DNA from: an uncultured Collinsella sp.
GTDB taxonomy: Bacteria > Actinomycetota > Coriobacteriia > Coriobacteriales > Coriobacteriaceae
DNA: 64,000 bases
Assembly (NCBI GenBank): GCA_958444075.1
Contig: CAUCNB010000002.1
Location: 13,909-77,908, forward strand
Direction of reading: 5' to 3'
Part shown: positions 57,773-64,000 of the stretch, one piece after another
Layout of the letters: each line of letters opens with the position of its first letter
Position numbering within the stretch: the first letter of the stretch is position 1
Notes under the pieces: generated by a model
What the model was told of the DNA's origin: nothing
The model's input: only the letters and a program-made list of their open reading frames with translations
The model's database searches: none
Made by a program: the position numbers and the translations under genes

Positions 57773-58768
57773 CTACTCCGCTTCTCCGTCTACATCCAAA
57801 CCGTCTAAACCAAACTTGTGCTCGACTTCCGCACGCGTGGGAATTGATTGCTGAGCGCCCAGGCGCGATACCGTCACCGCCGAGGCGCGAGCACCCGCGG
57901 CCATGCACTCAAAGAGCGGCAGGCCCTCCAGACGAGCCGCCGCCAACGCGCCGATAAACGTATCGCCCGCGGCCGTCGTATCGACCACCGCGCTCGAAAG
58001 CGCCGGCATGCGCAGCGGCTCACCGCCATCGCCGAGCGTAACCGAGCCGGCGCCGCCCAACGTGATGACCGCAGCCCCGGCGCCCTTGTCGAGCAGCGCA
58101 TTGAGCGCGGCGACGCAACTCGCATCATCCGTGGGCAGAATGCCCGTCAGTACCTGGCACTCGGTCTCGTTGGGGCAGACCAGGTCGACCGCTGGCCACG
58201 CTCCTGCCGGCAGGTCGCAGGCGGGCGCCGGGTTAAAGATCGTATAGAACCCCAGCTCGTGAGCGCAAGCAAGCGCCCCGGCCGTCGCCGCAAGGTCACA
58301 TTCGCCCTGGGCGATAAAGACGCCGCCAGCAGCCGGGGCAATCTCGCTGGCATCGCCGTCGAGCTCGTCGGCCACCAAGCGCCTCAGTGCGCGGGCAACG
58401 TCCTCGCCCGCAAGCGCATGGTTGGCGCCCGGCGACAGCACGATGCGGTTGTCGCTCTCACAGCGAATGATAGTCGCGGTACCGGTCTCCACGTCATCGC
58501 GACGCGCCACAAACTCAACGCCCACGCCGGCATCCTGGAGCCCTGCCACAAGCGCATCGCCAAAGGTATCGCGCCCAACAGCGCCAATCATGCACGTGCG
58601 CGCACCCATGCGCGCAGCAGCGACGGCCTGGTTAGCGCCCTTGCCACCGGCGTTGGTGATAAAACCGCTGCCACCGACTGTCTCGCCCGCACGCGGCATG
58701 CGCTCGCACGCCACCGAAAGGTCCATGTTCATGCTGCCGAACACCGCAACGATGCTGTGATCCGCCAT
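57773..58768 (-). CDS. rbsK: Ribokinase
   Basis: GSMNMD, GGKGANQA, PNETE, DTTAAGDTF. Confidence 0.9.
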   Translation of the reverse strand: MADHSIVAVFGSMNMDLSVACERMPRAGETVGGSGFITNAGGKGANQAVAAARMGARTCMIGAVGRDTFGDALVAGLQDAGVGVEFVARRDDVETGTATIIRCESDNRIVLSPGANHALAGEDVARALRRLVADELDGDASEIAPAAGGVFIAQGECDLAATAGALACAHELGFYTIFNPAPACDLPAGAWPAVDLVCPNETECQVLTGILPTDDASCVAALNALLDKGAGAAVITLGGAGSVTLGDGGEPLRMPALSSAVVDTTAAGDTFIGALAAARLEGLPLFECMAAGARASAVTVSRLGAQQSIPTRAEVEHKFGLDGLDVDGEAE

Positions 58769-58955
58769 GGAAACCTCCTCGTCTTCAGGCTTTGCGCCCA
58801 CCGTCGACCAACGATTGTGCACTCTCGCACCCCCTATAACTTTAGTCCACTTTGATGTGGACGCGCGCTTGAGCTTACGCCAGCAGCAAGCATTCACAGG
58901 GGCAGGCAGCTACAATGAATACGTGCTGATTATTCTCGTCATTGGATGATGTTTT

Positions 58956-61172
58956 ATGGAACAATTCTCGCAATCGGGCTCGCGCGGTCGACGCCGCACG
59001 GGCAACGAGCCGGCGCCGCACGAACGCGTGAAGGGCGAACGCCGTGCCAACGAGCCGCGACGCACCGCGAGCCCCCATCGCGCTTCTGCCAACAACGCGG
59101 GCCGCGCCAACACTCCCGCCGCGGAGCAGACGCCTGCTCGCCCCAAGTCCCGCTACATCCCTGCACTCGACGGTCTGCGTACGCTCGCCGTCGTCGCGGT
59201 GGTGCTCTATCACCTTAACCTCACGTGGGCTCAGGGCGGCCTGCTTGGCGTCACGATCTTCTTTGTGCTTTCGGGCTATCTGATCACGCGCTTGCTGCTC
59301 AACGAAGTCGCTAAGACCGGCCGCATCGACCTCAAGAGCTTCTGGATCCGCCGCATCCGTCGCCTGGTCCCCGCCGTGGTGACCGTCGTGGTGGTGACCT
59401 GTGCGCTGTGCACCGTCTTCAACCACGTGATGCTCACCAAGATGCGCCCCGACATTCTGCCGTCGCTGTTGTTCTTCAACAACTGGTGGCAGATTGCCCA
59501 AAACGTCTCGTACTTCAATGCTCTGGGCGACCCCTCGCCGCTTACGCACTTTTGGTCGCTCGCCATCGAGGAACAGTTCTACCTGGTTTGGCCCCCGCTG
59601 CTGCTCGCTATGGTATCCATGCACATGAGCAAGCCCAACACGCGCCGCGTGGTTCTGGGCCTGGCTGCTGTCTCCGCCATCGCCATGATGGTGCTCTATA
59701 ACCCCGCCGCCGACCCCAGCCGCGTGTACTACGGCACCGACACCCGCGTGTTCTCGCTGCTGCTGGGCGCCTGGATGGCCTTTATCCCCGATCGCGACCT
59801 GGCGCCGGTGCGTCTCGCTCATCGTTTGGGGCTCAATCGCCTGGCTGGCGCCGCCAAGCACGGCAAGAACGCCGAGGGCAAGCCTGGCGAGAAGGCCGAC
59901 AACGCAGCCGAGACCGTCCCGGCACAGCCGAGCGCCCTCGTGCGCTTTTGGTCCTCGCCCGCATCCATCGATGTGTTGGGCGTCGTGGGTCTGGTTGGCC
60001 TTGCCGCCATGGTCGCGCTCACCAACGGCTACACCGCGTTCCAGTATCGCGGCGGCACGCTGCTATGCTCCATCCTCACGCTCATGGTCATCGCGGCCTG
60101 CGTGCAGCCCCAGGGAATGGTTGCCCGCGCACTGTCCGCCGAGCCGCTCGTGTGGGTTGGCAAGCGCTCGTACAGCATCTACCTGTGGCACTATCCGCTA
60201 CTGTTGCTCATGAACCCGGTCGCCAACATCAACGATACGCCGTGGTGGCAGTACATTTTGCAGGTGTTGTTGGTGGTCGCCGTAGCCGAATGTTCATATC
60301 GCTTTATCGAGACGCCGTTTAGAAAGGGCGCCTTTGGGCGCACCGTATCCGAGTTCCGCGACGGCACCACCACGCCCGCCAACTGGGTGCGCGCGCATAT
60401 TCCCGTGTGCGCCACTTGCGGGATCGTGCTTGTTATCGCGCTGGGCGGCCTGATCTTTGTGCCGGAGACCTCCGCACTGAGCGGTGAGGGCGCCGAAGTC
60501 CTCAACAAGGAAGCCAAGAACACCGCGCCAACGGACCAACAGGCAGCCGACGACACCGACAAGGACAACGACGGCTTCCCCGATGGCTCCTACGACCTGC
60601 TGATGATCGGCGACTCCGTGTCGCTGCGTGCCGTGGACACCTTTGACGGCGTGTTCCCGCACAGCCATATCGATGCCGAAAAGGGCCGCCAGTTTGATGC
60701 GGGCCGCGCGACATTTGAGGGCTATATCCAGCAGAACCTTGCCGGCAAGATCGTGGTCTTTGCGCTGGGCACCAACGGCTTGGTAACCGACGATCAGATC
60801 GACGCCATCATGGCCGATGCGGGAGATAAGCGTATTGTGGTGTTTGTGAACACACGCAGCCCGCAGCCGTGGGTTGGCTCTACCAACCAGGCCATCGCCA
60901 ACGCCGCTACGCGCTACAAGAACGTGCGCGTTATCGACTGGTACGGATACAGCGCCAACCGCAACGACCTGTTCGATGGCGATGGCACGCACCTATCGAC
61001 CACTGGCGTGACCGAGTACCTCAACTTGATCCACGATGCCGTCAAAAAGGACCTGCCCGTACACCCCGAAGATCACGTCAACGATCCGCAGCCGGCAGCC
61101 GTCAAGTCTGCCACCGACGCACTCGTCAATGCGCTCGCTCTCAAGCCGCACAAGCTGGGCACCGACAAGTAA
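58956..61172 (+). CDS. Acyltransferase-3 plus SGNH domain O-acetyltransferase (OatA-like)
   Basis: LDGLR, FFVLSGYLIT, HFWSLAIEEQFY, GDS, GTNG, DGTH. Confidence 0.9.
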   Translation: MEQFSQSGSRGRRRTGNEPAPHERVKGERRANEPRRTASPHRASANNAGRANTPAAEQTPARPKSRYIPALDGLRTLAVVAVVLYHLNLTWAQGGLLGVTIFFVLSGYLITRLLLNEVAKTGRIDLKSFWIRRIRRLVPAVVTVVVVTCALCTVFNHVMLTKMRPDILPSLLFFNNWWQIAQNVSYFNALGDPSPLTHFWSLAIEEQFYLVWPPLLLAMVSMHMSKPNTRRVVLGLAAVSAIAMMVLYNPAADPSRVYYGTDTRVFSLLLGAWMAFIPDRDLAPVRLAHRLGLNRLAGAAKHGKNAEGKPGEKADNAAETVPAQPSALVRFWSSPASIDVLGVVGLVGLAAMVALTNGYTAFQYRGGTLLCSILTLMVIAACVQPQGMVARALSAEPLVWVGKRSYSIYLWHYPLLLLMNPVANINDTPWWQYILQVLLVVAVAECSYRFIETPFRKGAFGRTVSEFRDGTTTPANWVRAHIPVCATCGIVLVIALGGLIFVPETSALSGEGAEVLNKEAKNTAPTDQQAADDTDKDNDGFPDGSYDLLMIGDSVSLRAVDTFDGVFPHSHIDAEKGRQFDAGRATFEGYIQQNLAGKIVVFALGTNGLVTDDQIDAIMADAGDKRIVVFVNTRSPQPWVGSTNQAIANAATRYKNVRVIDWYGYSANRNDLFDGDGTHLSTTGVTEYLNLIHDAVKKDLPVHPEDHVNDPQPAAVKSATDALVNALALKPHKLGTDK

Positions 61173-61195
61173 CCTGCAACGCAAACTTCCCACAT

Positions 61196-61233
61196 CCGGA
61201 GGGGGTGTCTGCCACGGCAGACACCCCCTCCGG
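61196..61233 (+). terminator. 18-bp perfect stem-loop after the acyltransferase
   Basis: CCGGAGGGGGTGTCTGCC-AC-GGCAGACACCCCCTCCGG. Confidence 0.65.
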
Positions 61234-61406
61234 CAGTTAGGGACGTTCCTTATGTGCTGGCACCTAGGGACACTCCTGACACAGCCGAGGAACGCCCTCC
61301 TTGCGACCGAATTCTGGACGCCTCGCCACCCCGAGCGTTGTTTCCAAGCCCACACCCGCAGCAAACAACCCAAAATCACTCTTTTCGAGCCGACTCCAAG
61401 AGGTCA

Positions 61407-61634
61407 TGGACAAAAAGTGGCAAATATGAGTACTGTTACCATTTTAGTAGCTGGCAAAACCACCCAAAATGGCGCCCCTGCGGTAGCGCGCGACCCTTCC
61501 AGTTGACCAGAATAGCCGACTTAGGACTTGGAGACCCGCTTTTAATGAACAGATTCTTAGCTATGTTCATTATTTTCTTGGTCGTAAATGCTATCGGCCA
61601 GGCAACAGTACTCATATTTGGCATTTTTTGTCCA
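61407..61634. repeat. ~228-bp AT-rich element with 34-bp terminal inverted repeats (MITE-like)
   Basis: TGGACAAAAAGTGGCAAATATGAGTACTGTTACC against GGCAACAGTACTCATATTTGGCATTTTTTGTCCA, 3 mismatches. Confidence 0.65.
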
Positions 61635-61717
61635 CTCGCATATTACTAACCCCCTATAACAGGCAAAATACAGGCCGCAACCCATGGCAGCGGCCTGTTT
61701 GGAGTCCAAAAGAGGCG

Positions 61718-62980
61718 CTAAGCGCTGTAGCCCATCGCTTGCAGGACAAACATAACAACCGTCAGCACCGTAATCACACCAATGGTCGCCCACGTGAGCA
61801 CGTTCCACACGCGGCCGTTGCGGTTGGCACCCATAATGTGACGGTCGGCGGCGATAACCACCTGGAACACCAGAACCACGGGCAGTAGCACGCCATTGAT
61901 GACCTGCGAGGTCATCATAATCTGGAACAGATCGACACCGGGCATAAGCACCAGCACGGCAGAGATGCCGATGATGGCCGTAATGATGCCGCGATAGACC
62001 GGGGCCTCGTCCCAGCTGCGATCGGCACCGCGCTCCCAGCCAAATGCCTCGCAGATAGCGCTCGACGTAACGCCCGGCAGCACGCAGGCAGCCAAGAAGC
62101 TCGCCGCGACCAGGCCCGAGGCAAACAGTACCGTAGACCACTGACCCGCAATAGGCTCCAGCGCGCGGGCAGCATCGGCAGCATCGCTAATCTGAATACC
62201 CGCCGGGAACAACACCGTACCGGTCGTGATGATAATAAAGCCGGCAATGACATCGGCGGCAAGCGAGCCGCTCACGGTATCGATGCGCTGCAGCACGATA
62301 TCGTCCTCGCCCGCGTTCTTATCGACCACGTTGTTCTGCGCCAAGAAAATCATCCATGGCGCGATGGTGGTACCGATCGTTGCGACCACGAGCGACACGT
62401 AGCTGGGGTCATTTTGAATGTTAGGCACGACCAGGTCGACCGCGACCTCACCCCAGTTGGGGCCAGCCATAAACGCGGCGACGATATAGGTCACGAACAC
62501 GCAGCTCACCAGCAGCAGAATCTTCTCGATGCGCTGGAAACTACCCGACATGGTAAGCATCCACACCAGCAGCGCCACCAACGGCACCGAGATGCTCGCC
62601 GGCACGCCAAAGAGAGCAAGGCCGCTGGCGATGCCCGCAAACTCCGAAATGGTCACAGCCGTGTTGGCGATCAACAGCGCCGCCATGGCCAACACGCTCT
62701 TGCGCACGCCAAAGCGCTCGCGAATGAGCGATGCCAGGCCCTTGCCCGTGACGCAGCCGCAGCGCGCCGCGGTCTCCTGCGTCACGATGAGCAGCACAGT
62801 CATGACGGGAAGCATCCAGAGCATCTTGTAGCCATAGCTGGCGCCCGCGCTGGAATACGTTGCAATGCCGCCGGCGTCATTGCCCGAAAGCGCCGCCAGC
62901 AGACCGGGGCCCATAGCGCCAAAGATGGCTGCGATGGTCAGCTTTTGCTTGGTGCCCGACTTTTGCTTGGTATTTTGCAC
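61718..62980 (-). CDS. NRAMP-related divalent metal (probably Mg2+) transporter
   Basis: GPG...NDAGG TM1 variant, GTTIAPW TM6 variant; GTG start inferred. Confidence 0.85.
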   Translation of the reverse strand: MQNTKQKSGTKQKLTIAAIFGAMGPGLLAALSGNDAGGIATYSSAGASYGYKMLWMLPVMTVLLIVTQETAARCGCVTGKGLASLIRERFGVRKSVLAMAALLIANTAVTISEFAGIASGLALFGVPASISVPLVALLVWMLTMSGSFQRIEKILLLVSCVFVTYIVAAFMAGPNWGEVAVDLVVPNIQNDPSYVSLVVATIGTTIAPWMIFLAQNNVVDKNAGEDDIVLQRIDTVSGSLAADVIAGFIIITTGTVLFPAGIQISDAADAARALEPIAGQWSTVLFASGLVAASFLAACVLPGVTSSAICEAFGWERGADRSWDEAPVYRGIITAIIGISAVLVLMPGVDLFQIMMTSQVINGVLLPVVLVFQVVIAADRHIMGANRNGRVWNVLTWATIGVITVLTVVMFVLQAMGYSA

Positions 62981-62988
62981 GCGACCAC

Positions 62989-64000
62989 CTAGCCCATGAC
63001 TGACATGGCGAGCAGCACCGCGGCGATGCAATACGCCACACACGAGATCATGACGGCAATGACGTTCATGGCGGTGCCCGACGTGTTGAGGTCATGCTCG
63101 TCACGCCAGAACAGCACCATCAGGTAAATCACGGCACTCATGTTGCCGACCAGGCAAATGATAGCAGCGATATTAAAACACCCGGTAAAGAGTTGCTCCT
63201 CAAACATGGACGCATCGGGGAACGCAGCGGTGCGCACCAGCTGGGCGCACAGATAGGTCACGAGTGACAGAATCAGGCCCATGCCCGTGCTCTGGAAGAA
63301 GAATCCCAGATACGGCTTGGGCTCGTCGTCGTGACCGTCATACTCCAGGAAGTAGTTCTTGACGAACGACACCATGCGCGAGGCCGCCAGCAGCACGAGC
63401 GGCATGGCGCACATGGGGAACACCACCAGATGCGCGGAGCCGAGCGCCGTTCCCAGCACGGTCGCCATGATGCACGACGCGATGCCCCATACAACAACCC
63501 AGTACTGGCGATGCACGAACCAGCTGAGCACGTTCGTCGAGTCGTCGGACGCGCTGTCACCCGAGCCGACACCAGCGATCTGCAGGTCCTCCTGATGCTC
63601 CTCGGCGATAACGTCCATGGCGTCGTCGAAGGTTACGATACCCAGGATGTGGCGGTTCTCGTCGCAGACGGGGATAGCGACCAGGTCATACTTGGTCATC
63701 TCGTCCGTTACGTCTTCCTGGTCCTCGTCGGGCGACACGTAGACCAGGTCGCGATAGGCCAGCTGACCCAGCGTGGCGTCGCGATCGGCTACGATCAGCG
63801 TTCGCAGCGAAAGCACACCGGTCAGCATGCCGCTCGGATCCTCGGTATAGACGTAGTAGACGCTCTCGAAGTCCTCGTCGAGCTCGCGAATCGCCTCGAT
63901 GGCGTCACCGACCGTTGCCGTGGCAGGCAGGGAGACAAACTCCGAGGTCATGATGCGGCCGGCGGTGTTGTCCTCATACCCCAGCAGGTTACGAATCGCC
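62989..64000 (-). CDS. MgtE-like CBS-domain protein with C-terminal TMs (partial, starts beyond window)
   Basis: TAGRIMTSEF, YYVY, LGIVTFDDAMDV..EE..ED. Confidence 0.85.
   Translation of the reverse strand, partial: AIRNLLGYEDNTAGRIMTSEFVSLPATATVGDAIEAIRELDEDFESVYYVYTEDPSGMLTGVLSLRTLIVADRDATLGQLAYRDLVYVSPDEDQEDVTDEMTKYDLVAIPVCDENRHILGIVTFDDAMDVIAEEHQEDLQIAGVGSGDSASDDSTNVLSWFVHRQYWVVVWGIASCIMATVLGTALGSAHLVVFPMCAMPLVLLAASRMVSFVKNYFLEYDGHDDEPKPYLGFFFQSTGMGLILSLVTYLCAQLVRTAAFPDASMFEEQLFTGCFNIAAIICLVGNMSAVIYLMVLFWRDEHDLNTSGTAMNVIAVMISCVAYCIAAVLLAMSVMG

Overview
GC-rich bacterial chromosomal segment. Codon style and gene content suggest a gut Coriobacteriia such as Collinsella (inference). Contents in order: trxA; a nikR-hypFCDE hydrogenase-maturation cluster; a ~7 kb cellobiose-type PTS/GH1 island bounded by a 57-bp duplication of the hypE 3' end; and a long carbohydrate-utilisation region with three GH1 phospho-beta-glucosidases, a GH106-like and an apiosidase-like (DUF4038) hydrolase, esterases, beta-glucoside PTS components and AraC/RpiR/LacI/BglG regulators. 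Interspersed or following are pyrE, mgtA, a Zn-ribbon/SPFH envelope module, a two-sensor response-regulator system, luxS, a fucose-isomerase/split-transketolase/FGGY-kinase operon, nucleoside hydrolase-ribokinase, an OatA-like acyltransferase and an NRAMP-related/MgtE-like pair. No tRNA, rRNA, CRISPR array, integrase or transposase was seen. Most striking signals: (1) a 148-nt structured element present twice, with 24 of 25 differences forming compensatory base-pair swaps; (2) a candidate apiose/apiosyl-glycoside catabolic regulon linked by shared operator-like motifs; (3) the integrase-less island in hypE; (4) a family of REP-like hairpins with variable stems and a conserved GTCCCC loop.
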